From Eledone cirrhosa (taxonomy: Eukaryota): a DNA stretch of 64,000 nt. A program made the position numbers and the translations under genes. The DNA is taken from NCBI GenBank assembly GCA_964016885.1, contig OZ024747.1:42160001-42224000 (forward strand), given 5' to 3'. This document shows, piece by piece, positions 51,960-64,000 of this stretch (position 1 is the first letter of the stretch; each line of letters opens with the position of its first letter). Below the pieces are notes generated by a model. The model did not search any database. It had not been told where the DNA came from and saw nothing but the letters and a program-made list of their open reading frames with translations.

Positions 51960-53710
51960 AAAATATGAATAAACAAAAAAAAAAGCACAAAATACAAAAC
52001 CAAGTAGAGTGCCTGTTGGGCAAGCAGAGAGGTCTACTATAAGCTAGAGACAATTGCTTAAACAACCAACTAGGATTAATTCAATCCCATTACTGCACTA
52101 GGGCTTGATGAACACAACCACAAGGATATGGTCCGAACGTGGAAGAGCCGAACTCCCACTTTCATTGCCTCCATCTCTCTCGCCCTCCCCATCTCTCCGT
52201 ATGGTGAGAAAATGGGGTCCCACGTGCTGGCCTCCCCACAGCCCCGGCGGTAGGATAGAGAAGGCGTTTCCTCGGAGGATGGTAAGGGAGATGCACTGGC
52301 AGAGCCATTCCAGCTCGCGAGGCTCACACCTGCAACTGGCCGGCTCAGCGCCTATGGTGGTGAGTAGGGAGGTAACCCTAGGGCCAAGGACACCAGAAGT
52401 CTCCACTGCCAAGGGCACGACCGCGAATCTGTCGGAGAGCGACCGGTACTTGGAGAGTTTGGCCTCCTCAGCCCGACGGGCAGCAGAACCTGGGTTAGTC
52501 GCAGAATGCACCAGGTTGCGGCTGGAGAAAGTGTCGCTGCAAGTGGCATCCCAGACGAGGGGTTTGTCGCCGCGGAAAGGGAAAATGGTCATGCCGGCTG
52601 GTCTTTTGCCGTCTGCTCGGTCCAGTCCCACCGGCTCGAGCTAGTGGGGGAAGCTTGCAGTGTCCAAGCCATGCTTTATGACCTCGTTGGGGGTAGCATG
52701 GCGTGGAAGGCGGCCGGCACTGTGGCGACAGGAAAGCGGATGGAGGCCGAAAGAATCCACAGTGGATCCACAGTGACATTCTTGTGGATCGCAGATCCGG
52801 AGGCCAAGCCTCAAGGAAACGCCGATGCGCAGGCTGTCGTTATCCAGCTGCGTGCCAGTGGAGAAGGAGGGCAAGGCATGGAGCCACGCACCACTGTAGG
52901 GTTTGGAGGCCGCGTGAAAACAGGCAAGGCAGTGCTGGTCGAGTTGGCGCGTGAGCATGTCTTAGGTCAGGCTGCGCTGGATGGCATCCGAAATGCTTTG
53001 GGGGGGGGGGACTTGTCGTCAGCAGGGGCTAAGTCTCAGCTGGTCCCGCGTCTCGCAGGCGGTCTCACATTCCTCGATTACAGAGGTTTCCATTGTGTTT
53101 TGGAGAACCCTGCTGACGAGGACGCGGCATGAGGTTACCGACGAAAGAAACGCCGGCAAAGCCAACGAGATTGGGGACCGGAGGCCAATCCACCATATCT
53201 GACAGGTAAAGTGGCCTGTTGCCATCCAATGTCATCAAAACTGACGTTGCATATCTCCTCAGCTGCCGCTCGGATACAAGTATCGAGGTCAGCAAGGAGA
53301 GATGCGTGGCTGTAGCACGGAGCGCTGCGAAGGGTATAGAGGAGCTTCGACATGGTGAAGCAGTTCCTCAACAGGAAGAGTGCTGGGTGGCCGTCAATCA
53401 AGCCCAGTCGGCTCGTGAGGGTCTTGAGTTGCTGGAGCCTGGACCTGATGGTGGAGTGGATGGCCGGTGGATGGATCGGTGACCCGAGGATGAGGACATC
53501 CTCTTGAGGGGTCACCTGTACCTGGTGGAGATTGGACCGCACGTCCAGGACGGAGGCTGCAAAGCTCTCAGCATCGTGGCTGACATTCACCACCTCCGAC
53601 TTGGACGAGTTGCCAAGGAAGGAACCATCGATTGTAGGTCATGGCAAACAGTCTCTTACGGGCCCGCTCAACGTTGCATCATCCAGGTACCAAACGTTGA
53701 GAGGGGCCGT
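51960..53710 (-). mobile_element. CRE-clade non-LTR retrotransposon, 5'-truncated and decayed
   Basis: YLDD at about 53680, LLRNC..KLLYTLRS, QATLPVRYGGL, GAWLHALP, CHCG..H..SC zinc knuckle, and restriction-like endonuclease RPxG..WDATC..AEEAKLSKY..PLAVETSG. Confidence 0.8.
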
Positions 53711-54226
53711 GATACTCCGGGCAATATGCTTGGATACTTATAGAATTTGAACGTGGGACCTCTCACATCAAAAGCGAGAATCATATGTCTAGCTCAATGA
53801 GCATCACAATCTGAAAGATTATCAACATTACAAGGGTGGTGTATTGAGAGAACTGGTAAAGTGTTCAGGCTCTTTACATTCTCTGTTCAAATCCCACTAA
53901 TCAACTTTGCCCTACCTACGAAATTGCTCGCCCTATGCTTAAATTAGAAAACAGTATTTAATATCAAAAGAGGTGTGGTGGACTGGTCGAAAGAGCACCG
54001 GACAAAATACTTGGCGGTATTTAGTTACGGCTTTCTACGTTCTGAGTTCAAATCCCGTCAAGGTCAAAGTTGTCTTTCATCCTTCTTGGTTCGATAAGAT
54101 AAAGTACCAGTCAAGTACTGGGGTTGTTTAATTAACTTTGCTCTTCCCTCAAATTTGCTGTTATTGTGCCTACATTAGAAATCAATATTATAATACACTA
54201 ATTGTTTTTCGTTTCAACTATTTCAG

Positions 54227-54571
54227 GTTACAGTCGAATTGATAGTACAACTCTATTGATTTCTTACTTGCTGTCCAACGCAGTGGGAAGGTTCATGGTC
54301 GGAATTTTGAATCGTTTTAACATTCCACACTTTATTTTATTTTACATATTCTGTTGCTTGTGTGGTGCGTCGTTTATTGCCCTGAGTTACACATCAACCT
54401 ACAAGTTTTCTCTTGCATTTGGCATGACAAGTGGTTTAACGTTAGGACTCCATGTAGCAATGTCAATGGTCATTTTATTAAGAATTGTCGGCCCTGAAAA
54501 ATATGGTCTTGGATGGGGTCTTTCAGCTAGTGCTCTTGGAGTTGGTTTCAGCTGCTCTGGACCGTTTGCTG
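54227..54571 (+). CDS. SLC16-like transporter, exon 4 (gene continues beyond the window)
   Basis: TM8-11: ..SNAVGRFMVGIL..IVGPEKYGLGWG..GPFAG. TTTCAG acceptor, G|GTAAG donor, 345 nt, phase 1-1. Confidence 0.9.
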
Positions 54572-54794
54572 GTAAGAAGAACTGAACTATTTAACTATTT
54601 CATACAAACCTTTCTTTCATATACCTATACACTTCTTTTTAATGGTTTTATCTGGAAGAAGAGTGTGGTGCGTGGCTTTTGCATGTCATCCGAGATGGTA
54701 TCAGTACAACTTTTTCATATTGTGTGATATAGCTGTGTATGTATGTATGTATGTATGTATGTATGTATGTATGTATGTATGTATGTATGTATGT

Positions 54795-57700
54795 TATCTC
54801 TTTCTCTTAATTTCGAGTATATTTTTTGACCGGCCACCTTCCTGGTGGCAAGGTTGTAAAAGAAAAGAAATTGTCATCCCTTGAATCGCAATAATGTTTT
54901 GCAAATTTTGAGGGTGCCAGCTATCGCAGCCATTTGTAGACTATGAATTAGGGAGCTGCGCTCTTTGTCCGCAAATCCAAGTTCAGTCATACTTTGGTCC
55001 AAGCGGGTTGGTATATAACCCGTAGCTCCAATAATGATGGGTATGAAGCTAAAGGTGTATCTTGGAGACTGGATTTGTAAACTCCTCATCAATGATCAGT
55101 AGATGTCCTCCTTCTGTATTTTTCTGACAACGTTTACATCAAGTGGACAGCTGATCTCCACAACAGAACACGTTTTCAATGTGTGGTCCCAAACAACAAT
55201 ATCAGGCCGGTTGTGCTTTAATTTGGTGGCAGTTTTTATTTTCAGGTTCCACCAGTATTCCTTAGTGCCATCTGTCTCAACATATTCTTCCTCGTTTGTT
55301 GTTAATTTTGTTTTCCGAAGTGCGTTCCAGATGGTTCTAGCTATCCCATCGTGTCTCATGGGGAGGTAGTAGTGAGATGACATTCTTTCGCAGCTGGCAA
55401 CAATGTGGCTTACATCCTCGATCTTTGTTTTACATAGCCTACATTTATTGTCAGCTGCTGGCCCTCCTCTTTTGTGCAGCAGATATTTGGTAGGGAGTTC
55501 TTGTTCCTGTATTGCATAGAGATACCCCTCAAGGTGTGATGTCATAAGCTTGTCGGAACTTCATGCCAGGCTTTTTGAGTGGTTTATCCCCTCTATGGTC
55601 TGTGTTTTATGTCTCAAGTATTTATGCACAACTTTTTCTGTAAATTGGTCAATTTTTTCATCTTATTTGAACATTGAATAGGATCTTCCGATTTCTCTGG
55701 GTGAGAGATTTATATCAGGCTTTATTCCATATCTCTCCTCCAGATCAGTGACTATACTAATGATATTTTTTTTTCATGCTCCTAAACCTGGGCAAGATGG
55801 TTGCCAACCTTTTTTCTCTGTTGAAGATGTTGCTTCAGTGTTACTATCCGGGTCTCATATGATGTTAATATGGATTTTAGACTCCGGCCACCTTCCTTGC
55901 GTGAGAAGTATAGCCTATCCACATCACCATTGATGTTAAAGTTCCCAGTAACACTGAGAAGTTTGCGAGTTCTAACATCGATCTCACTTAGTTCTTGCAA
56001 TGACCAGTTCAGCAGGCCAAATGTTGGCGTTAGAATTGGCACAGCATAAGTATCGTGGGCAATGTATTTGTTGTATGCTGACAGTTCTGATGACCATATT
56101 TTCTTTACTCTTCTGAGGTATTCAGTTCTGGTTCTCTCCTTATTTATGTGTCCATCATATCTGACATTCTCATCCTGTCCAAGATATCTGTAGTTGTCAC
56201 CTGACTGTAGAGGTTGTATTGTCAGGCCGTTCATCTCTAGATTTCTAGAGGAGGGCACGGCTTTTCCACGTTTTACTGCCAAATATGCACTCTTGGACTC
56301 ACTAAATTTCATTTTGATGTCTGTTGAAAATTGTGTAATGAGGTCCAATTGTTTCTTGATGTCATTGATATTTGGCCCATACAACTTCAGGTCATCAACA
56401 AAGAAAAGATGGGAGATACTTCTGGACCCACTTCTTTGTCCACCTTGTTTCCTGAGTAGGTAAGATAGTGGATTTAGTGAGATAACGAAGAGTAGCACTG
56501 ACAAGCTATCACCCTGAAAGATGCCCTTCTGGTAATGTATCTTATCAGTCTTAACTTGCTCCTTCTCACCTCTAAGGATCAAATTGGTGTACCAGTTCTT
56601 GGTCAGACGTTCAACAGCAGCTACCAGTGGTTGTGGGACTTTGGCTAACTGTAAAGCCTTAACAATCCACCCATGAGGTACACTATCAAATGATTTTGAT
56701 AGTCCAGCCACACCACAGTCATGTTTCTGCGATTCTTTGTTGTTTTTTCTTGAATCATTTTATTAGTTAGTAGGTGATCTATGCAACCCCACACCTCCCT
56801 CTTTCCACCAGCTTGCTCAGGTGTTATGATGTTGTTGGTAGCACAGTGATCCTGTAAGAACAGGTTAAGGCACCCAGTATATAATTTATACATGATGTTT
56901 TAGCAGGCAATTGGGCGGTAATTTTTAGCAAGGGTGGCTTGGCTATTTTTGGGAATGAGGAGAGTAGTGGCAGTTGATAGCCATCTGGGAAGTTCTTGTG
57001 TGCCTTTAATGGTTTCTGTAAACAGCCGTATGAGATCTTGCCGATAGAAAGTGAAATTCTTCAACCAGTATCCTGTAATGAGGTCTGGGCCTGGCGATTT
57101 CCTATTCGACATTTTCTGTAGAGCTGTTTCCAGTATTGACCCATCTATGTCATATTATTGTTTTGTCTGTAGGGCGGTGGATTGGCAGTATCGGTAGAGG
57201 GTCGGACGCCATGCTTTGCAGCATAGTTACGTCTCTTTACGATCTGAGTTCAAATCCCGCCGAGGTTGACTTTGCCTTTCATCCTTACGGGGTCGATAAA
57301 ATAAAGTACCAGTAATGCACTGGTAATTGCTGGCCTTGTGCCTAAAGTAGAAACAATTATTATTTTGTCTGGACATGTTGGCAGTAGTCCTGTTCCAGTT
57401 CTTTTAGCCATTTAGTTTGTCTGTTGAATCTGTCATCCGTTTCCCATACAGATCTTCAGTAAATCTCAACCTGTTCTTTTGAAGGGGTGTCATTTACAGA
57501 GATTGAGCTTTTGCCACCGAAGCTGCGATAAACTGATTTAGGATCTCTGGCAAACAATCTATTTAGCACTTGTCGTTTATATGCTGTTGACTTATATTTT
57601 AGTCTTTCTGTTGTAGCTGTGAGTTGTTGTTTCAACTGGTGTCATTTGGAGTTTAAAGTTTTAAATTTTGTATCTCCAAATCGTTTCTCTAATTTTTTTT

Positions 57701-58501
57701 TAGGTCTTCCTGGTGTCGTGTGAAGTTGCTCTCTATGTTGCATTTCATAACGACTGCGATGTGTGAGATACTTCGTCTCAGGGACAACATTTTGCTTTTT
57801 AAATTTCGCATCCACGCTGGTTCAGGCTTTTGTCTTTATCTTGCGTGATTTTAGATGTTTTTTTATAAGATAGCAATATGACAGCTGAAACATATAACAC
57901 AATGTTAAGCGTTTCAAATGTCGTTTCTACACCTTTAGATCGTATAGCCTTCAGATAATTGTCAGCTATTTCGTTCACCGCTTCCAATTCCAATTTAGTG
58001 GGTTCTTTACTGATTCTGGTGTTGTATGGTCTGTCACTCACATTAAGGCTGTGTATCTCTTGAAACATATCGTCCCATATCACTTGTAAGGTGTCCACAA
58101 GTTTTTGGTGTTCTGTTTGTACAGTAGAGTCATGAATTTCAGCCTCGTTGTTGATGTGGTGACAATTACTACTAGAGTTAGCTGACCATTCTCGCTGTTC
58201 TTCAATGGAAGTGGGATGGATTTCAGCAAAATTGTTGGTGAGCTGTTCACTGTTAGATTTAGCTGGCCATCTCTTTGTCTGTCAGTGGAGGTGGGGTGGT
58301 TGTCTACAAGGGCTGTATTTGTAATATCACTCAATTCCGTTAGATGTATCAATTTACATCTAATGATACGTTTTGCCTGTTCATTTAAATGCTTTGGAGA
58401 AAAGACTAATTCTGGGTGTTTGGAGTTCCATAAAGTTTTTAGCCTTTGCGTAAAACCGAACTTTTGGGTTTCAGATTGTTTGTATGCTTCATATAATTCT
58501 T
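54795..58501 (-). mobile_element. R4/Dong-like non-LTR retrotransposon, family A copy 1 (decayed)
   Basis: KSPGPD, NYRPIAC, GIFQGDSLS, HLFFVDDLKLY, CRLC..H..SC, NRPDIVVWD..VVEISCP. (TGTA)n on both sides. Confidence 0.85.
57170..57362 (+). mobile_element. tRNA-derived SINE inserted in the R4-like element
   Basis: Full SINE with TSD TTTTGTCTG at 57161-57169 and 57363-57371. Confidence 0.85.
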
Positions 58502-58588
58502 TGTATGTATGTATGTATGTATGTATGTATGTATGTATGTATGTATGTATGTATGTATGTATGTATGTATGTATGTATGTATGTATGT

Positions 58589-61500
58589 TCTTCTGGTTTT
58601 ATAATTTCACAAATTTTTTCCCAATAAAGAGAGAGTCGGTTTCTATCATAGACACAAGACTCTCTCATTGGAATTTACACAACATCAGTTAGGTAGATTA
58701 TGTATGCATGTGTAGATATGGATGCAGTTTTTGATCCATGGATTCACTGCGATACTGCTGAGCGACTTCCCTGGGTGTGAGTCTTTGATTATCACAAAGG
58801 GAATATCTCTCGAGGAGTTCCTTCCCAACTCTCATGATCTTATCTGTTTCATGCAGATAGACTTGCTCGAGAAACGGGCTCCTACGCTTTGAGGTTCGTA
58901 GATGTTGTCGGAGAGATATGATGCGACATTCAAATGTTGTCTGGACTGATGTTAGGCCTCTGCCTCCCTGCTTACGTTTCAAGTAAAAGCGGTCTATGTC
59001 ACTGTTGATGTGGAAGTTTCCGGTGTTGTTTAGTATTTTTCGAGTTCCAACATCAATTGCTCGGATTTCGTCTATCGTTCAATTAAGTATTCCAAACGTT
59101 GGTGTTAGGATAGGCACAGCAAACACATTGTGAGCCACTGTTTGTTTTGCGCAGAGAGTTCCGATGACCAGATCTTTCTTAATCGGGTGTAGTATTCCCT
59201 GGTTGCGCGTTCCTTATTACAGATACCATTATAGGATATGTTCTCATCTATCCCCAGGTATCTGTAGCAGTCCTCATCAGATATCGGTGAAACAGTTAGG
59301 CCATTGGTGACAATGTTGCTAGATTAGGTTGTTGTTTTTCCCCGCTTTACAGTCATGTATGAGCATTTATCTTGGCCAAACTCCATTCCTATATCCTTTG
59401 AGAACGTTGTAACCAGATCAAGATTTTTCTTCATCCCATCCATGTTCTTGGCATAGAGTTTCAGATCGTCCACAAAGAAATTATGTGTTAGGTTCGTATT
59501 TCTGTCCTCATGTGAGCCAATGATGTATCCCTCACATTTCTTGAGCAGAAAGGACAAGGGGTTTAATGACAAGATGAATAATATAACAGAGAGACTGTCC
59601 CCCTGAAATATACCCATGCAATATTTTATTTTATCAGTGAAAATAGAGTCCTCCCTCTCTGTCTTTAACCTGAGGATAGTAGCCCAAGAAGAAGACAGCT
59701 TCTCTATGGCTCTGACAATAATGTCTGGGACTTTAGCAAGTTGGAGGGCCTCTATCATCCAAGAGTGGGGAACAGAATCGAAAGCTTTCCTGTAGTCCAG
59801 CCAGACTGTAGCCATATTCCTCTTAAGTTGTCGCATCTCTGACATCGCAGTTTTGTTGATTAGGAGTTGTTCAGCACATCTCCAAACCCCTTTCTTTCCA
59901 GCTGCTTGTTCATCTGTGATGATGTTATTATTTTCACAGTGATCTTGGAGGAATAGGTTCAGGCAGGCTGTATACATCTTCTACATCAGGTTCTGGTATG
60001 CAATGGGTCGGTAGTTTTTTGCCAAGTGGGTGTCTTTGTTCTTTGAGACCAGTAATGTTTGTGCTAATGTCAACCATTCTGGTATAAGTGTATCTCCCTT
60101 AAGAACTTGTTGGTAGAGGTCAGTAATATACCTCCGATAGAATATCAGTTTTTTGTACCAGTAGCCGACAATCATGTCTCTTCCTGGTGTTTTCTTATCT
60201 TGGAGTTTTCCTATCACAGTCTCAAGGGTACCCTCACTTATTTCGTATGTTTTTGTTGTAGTGTAGGAGCAATAGTTCTTTCGGATTTCTCTTAACCGCA
60301 CTGCATCTTGGTTGAAATTTTTCTTTTCACCCCATATTTTGCTCCAAAAGGAATTTATGTCTTTCAGTGACACTTATTATTTTGCCCTTCATATCTCTAT
60401 AGACTGATGTTTGTTTTCGTCTGAATCTTTTATTAAGCATTTTTCTCTCATCTACCTTCTTCAGGTATCGGCGTTTTTCGTTAACAGCTCTCAATTCTTG
60501 TTTGAGGGTGATCAGCTTATATTGTAGAGTTCTGGTTCTAGTGTTACCAAACATCGTCTCTATTTTCTTTTCCACTCTTTGTTGGCGAGGAGTGAGGTTT
60601 TTTTTGTGTTTGTTTGTATGTATGGAACATTGTCACATATCCTATGGTTTTTCGTAGGTCAGCAATCTTTTTTTCTATTTTAGTTATATATGATGGTATT
60701 TTTGGTGGTGTTCTGTTCTTGTTAATATCTCTTCTATCACCAAGATAATGCTTCACTGTCGTTGCTAAGGCATATAAACAGGCGTTGATTTGCCAAAATG
60801 TTGGGGTTTTTATCCGTTGTAAATATTCATCCCCTATTTCGTCAATAACACATAATATTTCATTATTTGGTTTTTTTTTTATTAAACATTGTCGTTTTAA
60901 TACGTTCTGCCAGAGAGATATTTATACATGAATTAATTTCTCTCTGGAAGATTTCGTTGGGGGAAATTTTCAATTGTTTATACTTTTGATTATTATCATT
61001 ATCGATAGTATTTTCCACAACAGTCGAGGTAGACTCGGATGGTACACGTGGTGTCAAATTTCTTCGATTATTATTATTATCGATAGTGTTTTCCCCAGCA
61101 ATCGAGGTAGACTTAGATGGTACACGTGGTGTCAAGTTTCTTACAGGCATAATTGTTTCAAGGCGCTGTTCGACCTGGCTGCTAGGAAGTCTAGTTGCTT
61201 GGCGACCTGTAGCACGTGTTGTTGATCCCATGTTTGTTGTGGGGGACTTACAATTAATAATATTTATCTTATTTTTACATTCAACAAACGTCGCTTGTTG
61301 GCGTAATTGTTTCGCTGTGAAATAATTTAGCTCTGGGTGCATTTCGTTCCAATGTACCTTCATTCTGTTCATATAACCAATGGAGGGATTGTTTTTTGCC
61401 ATTTTATAACAATTAAATAAATAATTATTAAGTTCGCAACTCCAAGAGAAATGCGATTTATAATTTCGGTCTCTTCTGTAGCTACAACTGAATAAAGTTT

Positions 61501-61785
61501 GATTACCTTTCTTGTTGGTCGTCTTCGATACTTCCTTATTTTGTTTGTTGATGTTGTGTTCAGCCATGCTGTTTGTAGCAAATCCTTGTAAAATGAATTA
61601 TGTATTTAGTCGGATATCTCTACGAATTCGAATAAAAGGTGTCTTCAGGATGGATAGTTAGAAGAATAACCAGTTATTCAACATAACTGTAGTTGTGGCA
61701 TTACTGTCGGAGATAGTATTCATCTTAAATTTAATAAATAGTCTCCCACGCCAAAATATGCGACTCATCGCGTTGACTGATGGAG
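58589..61785 (-). mobile_element. R4/Dong-like non-LTR retrotransposon, family B (endonuclease region missing)
   Basis: N-terminal FSWSCELN..MKVHWNEMHPEL domain, RT motifs WLDYRKAFDSVPH, GIFQGDSLS, FVDDLKLY, GGRGL. No CCHC/RLE before the 3' end. (TGTA)n on both sides. Confidence 0.85.
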
Positions 61786-61816
61786 TGTATGTATGTATGT
61801 ATGTATGTATGTATGT

Positions 61817-62433
61817 TCTATGAGTCAGGTCACCAGTTGGTGCTACTGGTAACATGTATCTCAGTACAACCTGTCTCATGGTCGGGTCGTTGGCGACTAA
61901 ACTGGCAACCCCACCAAGGTTTCTTGGTGAGGAGGGTGGCTTTGGACATCCTGCAGGACTAAAAACAAAACCTGTCAAAAGGCAAAGGGGCTCTTAAGAG
62001 TCAATAGCCATACAAAATCACCGGGAGAGATGACCCCTTAGCCCTTGTCAAAGCAGAATTCTAGGAGAAGGAAAACTCTGATATAACACCTGCAATCCTG
62101 ATGGTATCCAATGATGTTGACTTGTTCTTCTTTTTGGTAAATATCATCTTGGTTAAGGGAGTGGGACTGGCTTTGTGCAGTGCCTTTGCTCACTATAAAA
62201 GCTTCACGGCACAGGCATTGCTTTATATCTGGAGATCTCTGCACTTGTCGTCACATGGTACCATGGGCCCAGCACTATGTGTCAATAATTGTCACAAGTG
62301 TAGTGTTTGTACCAGAGTTTTCATGTCGCAGGCTGGACTAAAAAGTCACACTCGTTCAGTGCATCGGTAGGGGTTCTCCTACATGGATATAAAGTAGTGG
62401 CCGTACTCGAAAACGAGTTGGCAGCCACCATGT
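61817..62433 (+). mobile_element. Internally deleted (bipartite) RTE-type element
   Basis: RTE-like 5' UTR (as at 39952) joined to a C-terminal C2H2 finger CSVCTRVFMSQAGLKSHTRSVH and a short 3' end. Confidence 0.6.
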
Positions 62434-64000
62434 TTTCTCTTTCTCTTAATTTCGAGTATATTTTTTTGACCGGCGACCTTCCTGGTGGCAAGGTTGTAAA
62501 AGAAAAGAAATTGTCATCCCTTGAATCGCAAGAATGTTTTGCAAATTTTGAAGGTGCCAGCTATCGCAGCCATTTGTAGACTATGAATTAGGGAGCTGCG
62601 TTTTTTGTCCGCAATTCCAAGTTCAGTCATACTTTGGTCCAAGCGGGTTGGTATATAACCCGTAGCACCAATAATGATGGGTATGAAGCTAAAGGTGTAT
62701 CTTGGATACTGTATTTGTAAGCTCCTCATCAATGGTCCGTAGATGTCCTCCTTCTCCTGTATTTTTCTGACAACGTTTACATCAAGTGGGCAGCTGATCT
62801 CCACAACAGAACACGTTTTCAATGTGTGGTCCCAAACTACAATATCAGGCCGGTTGTGCTTTAATTTGGTGGCAGTTTTTATTTTCAGGTTCCACCAGTA
62901 TTCCTTAGTGCCATCTGTCTCAATATATTCTTCCTCGTTTGTTGTTAATTTTGTTTTCCGAAGTGCATTCCAGATGGTTCTAGCTATCCCATCGTGTCTC
63001 ATGGGGAGGTAGTAGTGAGATGACATTCTTTCGCAGCTGGCAACAATGTGGCTTACATTCTCGATCTTTGTTTTACATAGCCTACATTTATTGTCAGCTG
63101 CTGGCCCTCCTCTTTTGTGCAGCAGATATTTGGTAGGGAGTTCTTGTTCCTGTATTGCATAGAGATATCCCTCAAGGTGTGATGTCATAAACTTGTCGGA
63201 ACTCCATGCCAGGCTTTTTGAGTGGTTTATCCCCTCTATTGTCTGTGTTTTACGCCTCAAGTATCCATGCACAACTTTTTCTGTAAATTGGTCAATTTTT
63301 TTTATCTTGTTTGAACATTGAATAGGATCTTCCGATTTCTCTGGGTGAGAGATTTATATCAGGCTTTATTCCATATCTCTCCTCCAGATCAGTCGCTATT
63401 CTAATGATATTTCTTTTTTCATGCTCATAAACCTGGGCAAGATGGTTGCCAACCTTTTTCCTCTGTTGAAGGTGTTGCTTCAGTGTTACTATCCGGGTCT
63501 CATATGTTGTTAATATTGATTTTAGACCCCGGCCACCTTCCTTGCGTAAGAAGTATAGCCTATCCACATCACCATTGATGTTAAAGTTCCCAGTAACACT
63601 GAGAAGTTTTCGAGTTCCAACATCCATCTCACTTAGTTCAGTAGGCCAAATGTTGGCGTTAGAATTGGCACAGCATAAGTATCGTGGGCAATGTATTTGT
63701 TGTATGCTGACAGTTCTGATGACCATATTTTCTTTACTCTTCTGAGGTATTCAGTTCTGGTTCTCTCCTTATTTATGTGTCCATCATATCTGACATTCTC
63801 ATCCTGTCCAAGATATCTGTAGTTGTCACCTGACTGCAGAGGTTGTATTGTCAAGCCGTTCATCTCTAGATTTCTAGAGGAGGGCACAGCTCTTCCACGT
63901 TTTACTGCCAAATATGCACTCTTGGACTCACTAAATTTCATTTTGATGTCTGTTGAAAATTGTGTAATGAGGTCCAATTGTTTCTTGATGTCATTGATAT
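62434..64000 (-). mobile_element. R4/Dong-like element, family A copy 2 (3' part, runs out of the window)
   Basis: Highly similar to 54795-56370. ORF 62514-63272 encodes the CCHC knuckle and PD-(D/E)xK endonuclease. Confidence 0.9.

Noticed and set aside
52105-53743. + strand ORFs of 70-208 aa
   Set aside because: They are antisense shadows of the GC-rich CRE element.
61820-61915. HDV-like ribozyme at the RTE 5' end (hairpin followed by CTAA)
   Set aside because: I could not build P1, P3 and L3 in the required order.

Overview
This is AT-rich, microsatellite-dense eukaryotic DNA with GT-AG introns. The SINE/RTE/microsatellite make-up suggests a coleoid cephalopod such as octopus (inference). 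There are three host genes, all on the + strand: a type II membrane fucosyltransferase-superfamily ORF (2755-3891), a complete 3-exon POLR3K/RPC10 (31996-38085, 108 aa), and four exons of an SLC16/MCT-type MFS transporter (41210-54571) whose last exon lies beyond the window. Most of the rest is mobile DNA: a near full-length but broken RTE LINE plus RTE fragments, an intact Merlin (IS1595-like) transposon, a non-autonomous Helitron, several MITEs, many tRNA-derived SINEs, a CRE-clade fragment, and three R4/Dong-like LINEs arranged head-to-tail at (TACA)n tracts. Two minisatellites (45 bp and 46 bp) appear to be amplified from SINE parts. The most striking hidden signal is about ten short, mutually diverged inserts in (TA)n tracts with a shared architecture: often an inverted fold-back arm, a type I hammerhead ribozyme fold, and usually a small RCTC..GAGY hairpin tail. 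They look like Penelope-like pseudo-LTR or retrozyme-type mini-elements. One has a canonical core in the sense strand of a POLR3K intron, and one has a compensatory U3-A8 core in the sense strand of an SLC16 intron. All folds were read by eye and nothing was searched or computed.
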